A DNA stretch of 64,000 nt from Squalus acanthias (taxonomy: Eukaryota), in contig CM059431.1 of assembly GCA_030390025.1 (NCBI GenBank), positions 112,966,001 through 113,030,000 on the forward strand. The letters are read 5' to 3'. Below, in pieces: positions 24,471 to 35,520 of the stretch. The notes under the pieces are model-generated. The model saw only the letters and a list, made by a program, of their open reading frames with translations. It was not told the DNA's origin and ran no database searches. The translations under genes were made by a program, and so were the position numbers. Position 1 is the first letter of the stretch, and the number at the start of each line of letters is the position of its first letter.

Positions 24471-27400
24471 TATAGAAAATAGGTACAGGAGTAGACCATT
24501 CGGTCCTTCGAGCCTGCACCGCCATTCAATGCGTTCATGGCTGAACATGCTACCTCAGTACCCCATTCCTGCTTTCTCGCCATACCCCTTGATCCCCTTA
24601 GTTGTGAGTGTTATATCTAACTCCCTTTTGAATATATTTAGCGAACTGGCCTCAACAACCTTCTGTGGAAGAGAATTCCATAGATTCACCACTCTCTGGG
24701 TGAAGAAGTTCCTCCTCAGCTCAGTCCTAAATGGCTTCCCCTTAATCCTTAGACTGTGACCCCTGGTTCTAGTTTTCCCTACCATTGGGAACATTCTGCC
24801 CGCATCTAATTTGTCTAAACCAGTCAGGATTTTAAATGTCTCTATAAGATCCCCCCTCATTCTTCTGAACTCCAGAGGATACAAGTTCAGTTGACCCAAT
24901 CTTTCTTGATATGTCAGTCCGGCCATCCCAGGAATCAATCTAGTGAACCTTCGCTGCACTCCCTCAATAGCAAGAATGTCCTTCCTTAAGTTAGGAGACC
25001 AAAACTGCGCACAATACTCCAGGTGTGGCCTCACCAAGGCCCTGTACAACTGTAGCATCACCTCCCTACTCCTGTACTCAAATCCCCTTGCTATGAAGGC
25101 CATCATTCCGTTTGCTTTCTTGACTGCCTGCTGCACTTGCATTCCCACCTTCAGTGACTGATGTACCATGACGCCCAGGTCTCGTTGCACGTCCCCTTTC
25201 CCTAATCTGCCACCATTCAGGTAATAGTCCGCCTCTCTATTTTTACCACCAAAGTGGATAACCTCACATTTATCCACATTGTACTTCATCTGCCATACAT
25301 TTGCCCATTCACCCAACCTGTCCAAGTCACTCTGTAGCCTCCTAGCATCCTCCTCATTGTTCACACTGCCTCCCAATTTAGTGTCATCCGCAAATTTGGA
25401 GATATTACATTTAATCCCTTCGTCCAAATCATTAATATATAATGTAAACAGCTGGGGTCCTAGCACCGAACCCTGCGGTACCCCGCTGGTCACTGCCTGC
25501 CATTCTGAAAAGTACCCATTTACTCCTACTCTTTGTTTCCTGTGTGCCAACCAGTTCTCAATCCACGTCAACACATTACCCCCAATCCCATGTGCTTTAA
25601 CTTTGCTCACCAATCTCTTGTGTGGGACCTTGTCGAAGGCCTTCTGAAAGTCCAAATACACCACATCTACTGGTTCCCCCCTGTCCACCCTATTGGAAAC
25701 ATCCTCAAAAAATTCCAGAAGATTTGTCAAGCATGATTTCCCTTTCACAAATCCATGCTGACTTGGACCTATCATGTCGCCACTTTCCAAATGGTCTGTT
25801 ATGACATCTTTAATAATTGCTTCCATCATTTTACCCACGACCGATGTCAGGCTGACCGGTCTATAATTCCCTGCTTTCTCCCTCCCTCCTTTTTTAAAAA
25901 GAGGGGTTACATTGGCCACCCTCCACTCCATCGGAACTGATCCAGAGTCTAAGGAATGTTGGAAAATGATCGTCAATGCATCCACTATTTCCAAGGCCAC
26001 CTCCTTAAGTACTCTGGGATGCAGACCATCAGGCCCCGGGGATTTTTCAGCCTTCAGTCCCATCAATTTCCCCAATACCTTTTCCCGACTAATAAGGATT
26101 TCCCTCAGCTCCTCCCTCTTACCAGATCCTCTGACCCCTTTTATTTCCGGCAGGTTGTGTGTGTCCTCCACAGTAAACACCGAACCAAAGTACTTGTTCA
26201 ATTGATCTGCCATTTCCTTGTTCCCCATTACGACTTCCCCTGTTTCCGACTGCAGGGGACCTACGTTTGTTTTTACTAACCTCTTTCTTTTTACATATTT
26301 ATAGAAGCTTTTGCAGTCCATTTTAATGTTCTCTGCAAGCTTCCTTTCATATTTTATTTTCCCTGCCCTAATCAAACCCTTCGTCCTCCTCTGCTGAGTT
26401 TTGAAGTTCTCCCAGTCCCCGGGTTTGCTGCTACTTCTGGCCAATTTGTATGCAACTTCCTTGGTTTTAATACTATCCCTGATTTCCCTTGTTAGCCATG
26501 GTTGAGCCACCTTCCCTTTTTTATTTTTATGCCAGACCGGGATGTACAATTGTTGTAGTTCATCCATGCGATCTCTAAATGTCTGCCATTGCCCTTCCAC
26601 TGATAGCCCCTTAAATATCGCTTGCCAATTTAACCTCGCCAATTCACGCCTCATACCCTCAAAGTTGCCCTTATTTAAGTTCTGGACCATGGTCTCTGAC
26701 TTAACTGTTTCCTTCTCCATCCTAATGTAGAACTCCACCATACTATGGTCACTCTTCCCCAGGGGGCCTCGTACCACAAGATTGCTGATTAGTCCCTCCT
26801 CATTACACAACACCCAGTCCAGGATGGCCTCCCCTCGAGTTGGTTCCTCAACATATTGGTTTAGGAAACCATCCCTTAAACACTCCAGGAAATCCTCCTC
26901 CACCGTATTGCTTCCAGTTTGAGTAGCCCAATCTATATGCATATTAAAGTCACCCATGATAACTGCCGTGCCTTTTTTGCACGCACCTCTGATTTCCTGT
27001 TTCATACCCTCCCCCACCTCACTACTGCTGTTTGGAGGTCTGTACACAACTCCCACTAACGTTTTCTGCCCTTTGGTGTTCTGCAGCTCAACCCATATTG
27101 ATTCCACATCCTCCAAGCTGATGTCCTTCCTAGCTATTGCATTAATCTCCTCTTTAACCAGCAATGCTACCCCACCCCCTTTTCCTTTTATTCTATCCTT
27201 TCTGAATGTTGAATACCCCTGGATGTTCAGTACCCAGCCTTGATTGTTCTGGAGCCACGTCTCTGTAATCCCAATCACATCGTATCCGTTAACATCTATT
27301 TGCACAGTCAATTCATCCACCTTATTACGGATACTCCTTGCATTAAGACACAGAGCCTTTAGGCTTGTTTTATTAACATCCTTTGTCCTTTTAGACTTAT

Positions 27401-27504
27401 GATTTAGTATTGCCCTTTGTGTTTCTTGCCTTTGTTTACTCGGCCTTCCCCTATTGTTTCTCACCCTTCTAACATTTGTTTCTGACTGCATATTACTTCC
27501 CACT
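24471..27504 (-). mobile_element. Young CR1 LINE, truncated just 5' of ORF2
   Basis: Uninterrupted ORF2 plus 3' UTR; GTTTAA TSD at 24465-24470 and 27505-27510. Confidence 0.92.
24555..27503 (-). CDS. CR1 ORF2: APE endonuclease + reverse transcriptase (982 aa, intact frame)
   Basis: NARSIRNK, GITETW, GDFN and SDH (endonuclease); YLDFQKAFDKVPH, GVPQGSVLGP and FADD (RT). The track starts at a GTG; the first ATG is four codons later. Confidence 0.93.
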   Translation of the reverse strand: MGSNMQSETNVRRVRNNRGRPSKQRQETQRAILNHKSKRTKDVNKTSLKALCLNARSIRNKVDELTVQIDVNGYDVIGITETWLQNNQGWVLNIQGYSTFRKDRIKGKGGGVALLVKEEINAIARKDISLEDVESIWVELQNTKGQKTLVGVVYRPPNSSSEVGEGMKQEIRGACKKGTAVIMGDFNMHIDWATQTGSNTVEEDFLECLRDGFLNQYVEEPTRGEAILDWVLCNEEGLISNLVVRGPLGKSDHSMVEFYIRMEKETVKSETMVQNLNKGNFEGMRRELARLNWQAIFKGLSVEGQWQTFRDRMDELQQLYIPVWHKNKKGKVAQPWLTREIRDSIKTKEVAYKLARSSSKPGDWENFKTQQRRTKGLIRAGKIKYERKLAENIKMDCKSFYKYVKRKRLVKTNVGPLQSETGEVVMGNKEMADQLNKYFGSVFTVEDTHNLPEIKGVRGSGKREELREILISREKVLGKLMGLKAEKSPGPDGLHPRVLKEVALEIVDALTIIFQHSLDSGSVPMEWRVANVTPLFKKGGREKAGNYRPVSLTSVVGKMMEAIIKDVITDHLESGDMIGPSQHGFVKGKSCLTNLLEFFEDVSNRVDRGEPVDVVYLDFQKAFDKVPHKRLVSKVKAHGIGGNVLTWIENWLAHRKQRVGVNGYFSEWQAVTSGVPQGSVLGPQLFTLYINDLDEGIKCNISKFADDTKLGGSVNNEEDARRLQSDLDRLGEWANVWQMKYNVDKCEVIHFGGKNREADYYLNGGRLGKGDVQRDLGVMVHQSLKVGMQVQQAVKKANGMMAFIARGFEYRSREVMLQLYRALVRPHLEYCAQFWSPNLRKDILAIEGVQRRFTRLIPGMAGLTYQERLGQLNLYPLEFRRMRGDLIETFKILTGLDKLDAGRMFPMVGKTRTRGHSLRIKGKPFRTELRRNFFTQRVVNLWNSLPQKVVEASSLNIFKRELDITLTTKGIKGYGEKAGMGY

Positions 27505-28246
27505 GTTTAAGCTAATTAAGGAGAGCTAACACAGATTTGTAAAAGGCAGGTTGTGTTTAACTAATCTAATTGAATTTTTTGATGAAGTAACAGAGAGGAT
27601 TGATGAAGGGAATGCAATGGATGTTGTCTACATGGATTTTTGGAAGGCATTTGACAAAGTATCACATAGAAGGCTGGTTAACAAAATTGAGGCTCATGGA
27701 ATAAGTGGGTCAGTGGCAGCTTGGATAAGGAATTGGCTTAAGGACAGAAAACAGCAAGTTGTGGTAAATAGCTGTTTTTCAGACTGGAGGATGGTAGACA
27801 GTGGTGTTCCCCAAGGGTCAGTGCTGGGGCCACTGCTTTTTTTGATATATATAAATGACCTGAATATTGGAATACAAAGTAGAATTTCTAAATTTGCCGA
27901 TAACACCAAATTTGGGTGTGTGGCAAACAGTGAGGATGATACCAATCGACTGCAACAGGACATAGAAAGGCTAGTAGAATGGGCAGACAAGTGGCAGATG
28001 GAATTTAATACAGAGAAGTGTGAGGTGATGCATTTTGGCAGAAGGAACAGGGAGAGGCAATATACACTTAATGGCACAGTTTTAAAGAGTGTGCAGGGAC
28101 AGAGGGACCTGGGAGTTAATGTGCATAGATCCCTGAAGGTGGCGGGACATATTGAGAGAGTGGTTAACAAAGCATATGGGATCTTGGGCTTCATAAATAG
28201 AGAAGTCGCACAACACCAGGTTATAGTCCAACAGTTTTATTTGAAA

Positions 28247-28284
28247 TCACAAGCTTTCGGAGCAGCTGCTCCTTCGTCAGGTGA
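28247..28284 (-). ncRNA. Minimal hammerhead ribozyme motif in the inverted Penelope arm
   Basis: Reverse complement reads tcac-CTGACGA-a-ggagc/agct/gctcc-GAAA-gctt-gtga. Confidence 0.8.
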
Positions 28285-28718
28285 AGTAAAGGAATACAAA
28301 ATCGACAAAGCATATATAGACAGAGAACAATGCATGTGTAACTTACAATGGCAGACGACTACATTTAATCCTCCTGACTGCCTTTTGTCACACCTCGGCA
28401 GATAAACAATCAGGTCAGCCAGGAAGGCACCACATCAAAGACATAGCAAGATACAACTGAGACAATGAGGTGGGGTTACAGGGGGTCTAATGTGTCAAAA
28501 GCTGCAGTCGGTATGGAAAACGATAAACTTTAAAATTTTTACTTTTTTACTGGGAATCACATCTGTGAACAAGCCAACGACGACTCGAGTCTGGATGACT
28601 CTACGTCATGTATCGTGACATAAACCCAAGATCCCGGTTGAGGCCGTCCTCATGAGTGCGGAACTTGGCTATCAGTTTCTGCTCGATGATTTTGCGTTGT
28701 CGTGTGTCTCTAAGGCCG

Positions 28719-30410
28719 CCGACCAAAGAACATACCCGCCAACTCAATAGACTGATCAAGACCTTCGATCCAGACCTTCAAAGCATCCTACGCGCTCTCA
28801 TCCCACGTACTCCCCGCGTGGGAGACTTCTACTGCCTCCCAAAGATACACAAAGCCAACACACCCGGACGTCCTATCGTATCAGGCAACGGAACCCTGTG
28901 TGAGAACCTCTCTGGATACGTTGAGGGCATCCTGAAACCTATCGTACAGGGAACCCCTAGCTTCTGCCGCGACACCACAGACTTCCTACAGAAACTCAGC
29001 ACCCACGGACCAGTTGAACCAGGAACACTCCTCGCCACGATGGACGTATCGGCACTCTACACCAGTATCCCCCACGATGACGGCATCGCTGCGACAGCCT
29101 CAGTACTCAACACCAACAACAGCCAATCTCCAGACGCCATCCTACAACTCATCCGCTTCATCCTTGACCACAATGTCTTCACCTTCGACAACCATTTTTT
29201 TACCCAAACACACGGAACAGCCATGGGGACCAAATTCGCACCCCAATAAGCCAACATCTTCATGCACAAGTTCGAGCAAGACTTCTTCGCTGCACAGGAC
29301 CTCCAGCCAACGCTGTACACCAGATACATCGACGACATTTTCTTCCTTTGGACCCATGGCGAAGGATCACTGAAAAGACTACACGATAACATCAACAAGT
29401 TCCATCCCACCATCAAACTCACCATGGACTACTCCTCAGAATCGGTTTCATTCCTGGACACACGAATCTCCATCAAAGACGGATACCTCAGCACTTCACT
29501 CTACCGCAAGCCCACGGACAACCTCACGATGCTCCACTTCTCCAGCTTCCACCCTAACCACGTTAAAGAAGCCATCCCCTATGGACAAGCCCTGCGAATA
29601 CACAGGTTCTGCTCAGACGAGGAGGAACGCGATGGACACCTACGGACACTGAAAAACGCCCTCGTAAGAACGGGATATGACGCTCGACTCATCGATCGAC
29701 AGTTCCGACGGGCCACAGCGAAAAATCGTATAGACCTCCTCAGAAAGCAAACACGGGACACAACCAACAGGGTACCCTACGTCGTCCAGTACTTCCCCGG
29801 AGCGGAGAAACTACGCCATGTTCTTCGTAGCCTTCAACATGTCATCGATGACGACGAACACCTCGCTAAGGCCATCCCCACGCCTCCACTACTTGCCTTC
29901 AAACAGTCGCCTAACCTCAGAAGTACCATCGTTCGCAGCAAATTACCCAGCTTTCAGGATAACAGCGACCACGACACCACACAACCCTGCCATGGCAACC
30001 TCTGCAAGACATGCCAGATCATCAACACAGATACCATCATCACACGTGAGGACACTACCCACCAGGTACATGGTACATACTCATGTGACTCGGCCAACGT
30101 TGTCTACCTCATACGTTGCAGGAAAGAATGCACCGTGGCATGGTACATCGGCGAGACCATGCAGACACTGAGACAACGTATGAATGGACACCGCGCAACA
30201 ATCGCCAGGCAGGATTGTTACCTCCCAGTCGGGGAACACTTCAGCAGTCAAGGACATTCAGCCTCGGATCTGCGGGTAAGCGTTCTCCAAGGCGGCCTTA
30301 GAGACACACGACAACGCAAAATCATCGAGCAGAAACTGATAGCCAAGTTCCGCACTCATGAGGACGGCCTCAACCGGGATCTTGGGTTTATGTCACGATA
30401 CATGACGTAG
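28719..30410 (+). pseudogene. Penelope-like RT / GIY-YIG endonuclease ORF, N-terminally truncated, with one in-frame stop
   Basis: FYCLPKIHK, GRPIVS, MDVSALYTSIP, GTAMG, RYIDDIF, FLD, LYRKPT; Cys-rich linker PCHGNLCKTC; VVYLIRC...WYIGET...LRQRMNGH; TAA at 29247-29249 (PQ*ANIFM). Confidence 0.9.
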
Positions 30411-30716
30411 AGTCATCCAGACTCGAGTCGTCGTTGGCTTGTGATTCCCAGTAAAAAAGTAAAAATTTTAAAGTTTATCGTTTTCCATACCGACTGCAGC
30501 TTTTGACACATTAGACCCCCTGTAACCCCACCTCATTGTCTCAGTTGTATCTTGCTATGTCTTTGATGTGGTGCCTTCCTGGCTGACCTGATTGTTTATC
30601 TGCCGAGGTGTGACAAAAGGCAGTCAGGAGGATTAAATGTAGTCGTCTGCCATTGTAAGTTACACATGCATTGTTCTCTATCTATATATGCTTTGTCGAT
30701 TTTGTATTCCTTTACT

Positions 30717-30754
30717 TCACCTGACGAAGGAGCAGCCGCTCCGAAAGCTTGTGA
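30717..30754 (+). ncRNA. Minimal hammerhead ribozyme motif in the Penelope 3' pLTR
   Basis: tcac-CTGACGA-a-ggagc/agcc/gctcc-GAAA-gctt-gtga; AATAAA just downstream. Confidence 0.82.
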
Positions 30755-31438
30755 TTTCAAATAAAACTGTTGGACTATAACCTGGTGTTGTGCGACTTCT
30801 CACTTTTGTCCACCCCAGTCCAACACCGGCATCTCCGCATCATGGCCACTATCGACTTCATAAATAGAGGTATTGAGTACAAAAATAGAGAAGTTATGCT
30901 GAATCATTATAAAGCGCTGGTTAGTATTGCGTCCACTTTAGGAAGGATGTGAAGGCCCTTGAGAGGGTGCAGAGGAGATTTACCAGAATGGTTCCGGGGA
31001 TGGGGGATCTTAGCTGCAACGACAGTTTGGAGAAGCTGGATTTGTTTTCATTAGAGCAAAGGAGGTTGAGGGGTGATTTGATAGAGGTGTACAAGATTAT
31101 GCCGGGTTTGGATAGGATAGACGGGGAAAGGCTGTTCCCACTAGTTGATGGTACAAGGACTAGGGGACACAGATTTAAGGTTTTGGGCAAGAGATATAGG
31201 GGGGACGTGAGGAAAAACTTTTTTATGCAGCGAGTGGTGAGGACCTGGAATTCACTGCCGACGGAAGTGGTGGAAGCGGAGATACTCAATGTTTTCAAGG
31301 GGATAGGCACTTGAGGGAAATAAACTTGCAGGGCTACGGGGATAGAGCGGGGGAATGGGACTGACTGGATTGCTCTACAGAGAGCTGGCATGGACTCGAT
31401 GGGCCAAATGGCCTCCTTCTGTGCCGTTATGACTCTAT

Positions 31439-34400
31439 GGGCTGGATTTTGCCAGTGTGGGCGGGCTGGGGCGTGTCAGGTGGCAAATGTTTCAGGACCC
31501 CGACTCTGAAGTGAAGTGGGGAAAAAGAGCTATTTTCCCCTAATTGGGCAATTGATTTCCTGCGTGTGGGAACCCCTGGCCCAATGAGTCTTTTCATACA
31601 GAAAGTCGCCTCCAATGACATCATCAGTACTGCTGGATTTAAGGCCTGCAAGCAGCCTTGCTTCTTCTGGAGACTGCAAACTTTATGGTGATTGCAGTAA
31701 GGACTTAATTGATCGACTATGTCCACCAGCAGGCAAAAGTGTGCTCCACGCTTCGATGAGCCCTCCCTCCAAGCTCTGGTGGAGGGAGTAAGATCGAATA
31801 AGGAGGTGCTCTTCCCTTCCTCAGGGAGAAAAAAGCCACCCCAGCAGACTAAAGCTGTGTGGCTGCAAGTGGCCCAGAAGGTCAACTCCATATAGATGAA
31901 CTGCAGAACCTGGCTGCAATGCAGAAAGAGGTTTCATGACCTTCTCCGCACAGGAAAAGTGAGTATGACTTTCCCATCACTCTCAATCTGATCCCCATCC
32001 CCTCTCCTCACCAGCACTCTGCTTTGCTAACCTCTTCCTCCACATCCCACTTGACACTGACATCCCTGCACCCTTACCCATTGCCTCTCTCTCTGTGGTC
32101 ACATTCACTTAACTATTCGACCATGTAGCCCTCACACTCCCTATCACTGTGATGCAACAACAACAACAACTTACAACATACAGGGAGGGCCCTTTGTCTC
32201 CTTCTAAGCATCTATGCTATGCATTCTCTACACTCACTCCTTCATTCTCACTCAAACTCCACTTGTGTCCCTCATTGCAGGAAAAGAGAGCCCACAATAA
32301 GAGGGAAAGAGCCATGACAGGAGGAGGGCCACCCTCAGTAGCCCAGCTCACCGCCTGGGAGGAGGCGGCCCTGGAAATCGCTGGGATCGAGGAGGATTCC
32401 CAAGTGGGGGACGGACAGACGGGCGCATCACAGCAAGCTGGTGACAGAATAGTTTGGCATCTCTCTCATTGACATTGCATGAGTCACTGATAATGATTCT
32501 GATGCTCTAACAGATTGACTTATGATCATCTGCACTGTTCAATGTGCATGTAACCTTGACCTCACATCTGCAACTCTTTCCTTTACTCCCTCACAGGACC
32601 ATCGAAAGCCCCCGTCCCCACTGTCCAGGAGGAAGTGCCTGAGCTTCCATACTCCTCAGAGGAAGCTGCAACCTCTGAGGGTGCAGCGTCAGCAGAATTC
32701 AGCGCACCCAGCACCAGCGCAGACACTCACACCTCAGTGGGACCTTCGCGAGATAGAGTAGTGTTGGCACCTGGTGTATCACAGCTCACAAGTGAGCATC
32801 AGCAGATGGTGGAGACAGGGACAGCAGTGGAGAGTCCTCGTCAGAGAGCGCAGGACTCTGCCAGCTCGGCTCAGCTGCATGTTGACCCTGTGCCTCCGGG
32901 TCCATCCAGAAGCAGAGCGGTGCTGGAACTCCAGGAACAGGTGCAGGAGTCTCTGGCAGGTTTTGTCTCCAGGGTCGCTGCGAGTGTGGAGCGAATGGAG
33001 GAGTCCATCGCGAACATGAGCAGAGCCTTTGTGGAGGCATTGGCGCATGAACGCATCACCGCGGACAGGATGGCAACCTCCGTGGAAAGGATAGCTAACT
33101 CCGTGATAAGGATGGCTACCGTAGAGGAGAGGATGGCTATGGTAGAGGAGAGGATGGCTCCGGCCATGGAGGAGCTTAGTTGCCAGGGTCTTGAAAACAT
33201 GGTCATTGTTCAGAATAAAATAACATCTCTTGAGGAGCGATGGTCAGCTATTGAGCAGAGAAACCAGACCTTCATGGAAGTCCTCTGGAGTAGGACTTCC
33301 AGTGCAGAAACGGGTCCTCATGGCCCCCCTGAAGTGCAGCAAGGTGCTGTCAAGCCACTTGCTAGCTCTGAAGTGGGGCTGACCCATGAGAGGGATGTTG
33401 GTGGCAGACAACCAGGAAGTGTGGGCTCCTCTCCAAGCGCTCACACTACCATGCCACTGCGGAGCCCTCGGTCAGAGCCCCACCAGAGTCCCCACCCAAC
33501 TGAGATGGGCGTCTCAGCCCCTGCACAGCCACAGGAGCAGCAGACTGTTGCCGAGCCCTCACAGGCTCGCAACCCCAGAGGACGGCCGCCAAAGGTGTCG
33601 AGGCAGGAGCAGCAAGAAATTGAGCAAGGGGCCTCCACATCTGCTGAAGCCACAGGGGAAGCACCACGTAGGAGCACGTGTAAGAGGAAGATAAAGCACA
33701 AGTAGTCACAAGGGTAGTCACTTGGGTGCTGTGATGTATTGTATTTGGACCAGCCATCCTTGTCATGGTATCACAAACAGATTTGATGGCAAACTGTTGA
33801 AGTTGTGGCCTGTGTCATCTCACAAATGGGACTTCCACATTGAGAGCTTAGGGCGACTTGCAATTGTCAGTATGGTGGTCAGAGTGATAGGAATCCGCAG
33901 GTTCTTGTCCATTGTCGATGCTCTGGTTATTCTGGCCTGTGCAGTTTCAGGTGGGTGAGCAGCAGCTTGGCGCTCCTGTTGTTCATGGTTCTGCTGCTGC
34001 CGTGGCTGGTCTTCGTCCGAATCTGATGTCCAGGAGGAAAGGAAATAAATGGTTCCCATGCATCTGCTATATACCTCAGTTGAGGAAACGCTCAGTCAAG
34101 GTGGGGAGAGGGGTTTCCCAGGAGGTCACACTGGAAATGGATGTCAGGCTCCAAACTTCCACAACAATGAGTAGGCCTGCTAAAAGTTCCCCCAGACCTG
34201 AGACAACAAAGTTCTGCCACCTGCAAATGATGATTGGTGAAAACTCCTTTGTAATGGTGGAGCTGCAGCTGTTACTAAGCAATCCACTTGTGTGGCTGCC
34301 AGCATTACCTGGCATGTTCCAGAGGAGGCGTGTAGGATGGGGGAAATGTCTAAAAATAAGAAAGGCCTCTCAAAATTGGATTATAGAGGCAATTAAGTGG

Positions 34401-34590
34401 TTGTTAAGGGCCTGAAGGGCCTATCCCGCCTTTTGGAGGCGGGATGAAAATGGGGTCTGAAACCCCGATTCTGGGAAAATTGCTCGGAGGCGGGATGGAG
34501 GCGGGACCGGGCCCGCACGCCATTTTTTTGCAATTTTGACACCTCACACGTCTCCAATCCCGCCTCCTCGGGCCTGGCAAAATCGAGCCC
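31439..34590 (+). mobile_element. PIF/Harbinger DNA transposon (3.15 kb) retaining the Myb/SANT gene and lacking a recognisable transposase
   Basis: 17-bp TIRs GGGCTGGATTTTGCCAG / CTGGCAAAATCGAGCCC (1 mismatch); 3-bp TSD TAT at 31436-31438 and 34591-34593. Confidence 0.9.
31719..33705 (+). pseudogene. Spliced Harbinger Myb/SANT-like DNA-binding protein; exons 31719-31958, 32281-32440, 32597-33705; premature TAG at codon 59
   Basis: Exon 1 MSTSRQKCAPRFDEPSLQALVEGV...WLQVAQKVNSI*MNCRTWLQCRKRFHDLLRTGK; exon 2 EKRAHNKRERAMTGGGPP; GT-AG introns with compatible phases (0, 1); coiled-coil-like repeats and a basic C terminus in exon 3. Confidence 0.85.
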
Positions 34591-35186
34591 TATGACTCTA
34601 TGAGTAGCTCAGAACTAGTAGAAATAAAACTGCAAAGACTTGGTTGTCACTCTTCCAGTCTTTTTATGCACACAAAATGGAGGTCCTACTCGCGCCTCTT
34701 CCCATCTCATTCTTTTCATTTTTCGCCTAGTTGTAGCAAGGACAACATTTTTCATTTATAAGGCACACCTTCATATCTTGTAGCGCTCATGGTTAAATAG
34801 GGAAGTGGTGAGGTATTTAAGCAAGAAGGAGGGGCCTGGGATCAGCTCTTAGTGAAGGGAGAAGTAGCTGAGGATCATATTCATGCAAAAAAAATGAGGG
34901 AAATGAAGTCGAGGAATAAAATCAAGTGGACTAGTTGTAAATGGGGAAAAGGCAAAGGTAACAGAGACAAAAAAAAAACCAGGAGTGATGTTAAAAAAAG
35001 GCTAAAATGTATTGCAATGCACAAAGTGTGGGAAATAAAATGCAGGAACTGGAAGCAATTATTTTACAGAAAGATCTGAACTTAATAGCATTAACTTAAA
35101 TCTGATTGAACTGGACAAGAATGGAAAATAAACAGGATATAATATATTTAGGACAGCTGGAGAAGGTAAGAAAGGAGGCGAAGTTT

Positions 35187-35520
35187 AAAAATAAATTCTC
35201 AGAATGTGGGCTTTGTTGGCAAGGCCGGCATTTATTGCCCATCCCTGGCTTCTCTGTACAAACTTGTTTGGCCACTTCAGAGTCAACCACGTCGATGTAG
35301 GCCAGATGGGGTAAGGACAGCAGGTTTCCTTTCCTAAAGCACATTAGTGGGTTTTTTACGACAATCTGATAACTTCATAGTCACTTTTACTGAGACCAGC
35401 TTTTTAATTTCCAGATTTAACTGCATTGAAACTGCCATGGTGAGATTTGAAATCACATTCTCTAGATTATTAGTTCAGGCCTCTGGATTACTAGTCCAGT
35501 AATATAATGCTACCGTACTC
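35187..35520 (-). mobile_element. SINE-like derivative of LINE family B (tRNA-like head joined to the 3' tail)
   Basis: 35275-35520 matches the family B 5' region; 35187-35250 matches its 3' UTR; no ORF between them. Confidence 0.75.

Larger units (their letters stand above)
28203..30855 (+). mobile_element. Penelope-like retroelement (probably Neptune-type), 5'-truncated, with an inverted copy of its 3' end
   Basis: RT + GIY-YIG ORF; inverted arms at about 28200-28720 / 30291-30801; 14-bp TSD CTTCATAAATAGAG at 28189-28202 and 30856-30869. Confidence 0.92.
23572..31438 (+). mobile_element. Older 5'-truncated CR1 LINE surviving as pieces 23572-23702, 24430-24470, 27505-28202 and 30856-31438 (tail resumes at 34591)
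   Basis: The pieces join into continuous CR1 RT sequence (VPEDWKVANVTP...LETIIKKK/INRHLERFKLIKES...CLTNLIEFF...ILGFINRGIEYK...LERVQRRFTRM) once the inserts are removed; (tatgactc)n tail. Confidence 0.88.

Noticed and set aside
27551..28405. 284-aa RT with a novel C terminus
   Set aside because: Chimeric read-through from the old CR1 into the inverted Penelope arm at 28203.
32635..33705. Standalone 356-aa host gene
   Set aside because: It starts at a GTG inside exon 3 of the transposon Myb gene and lies between Harbinger TIRs.
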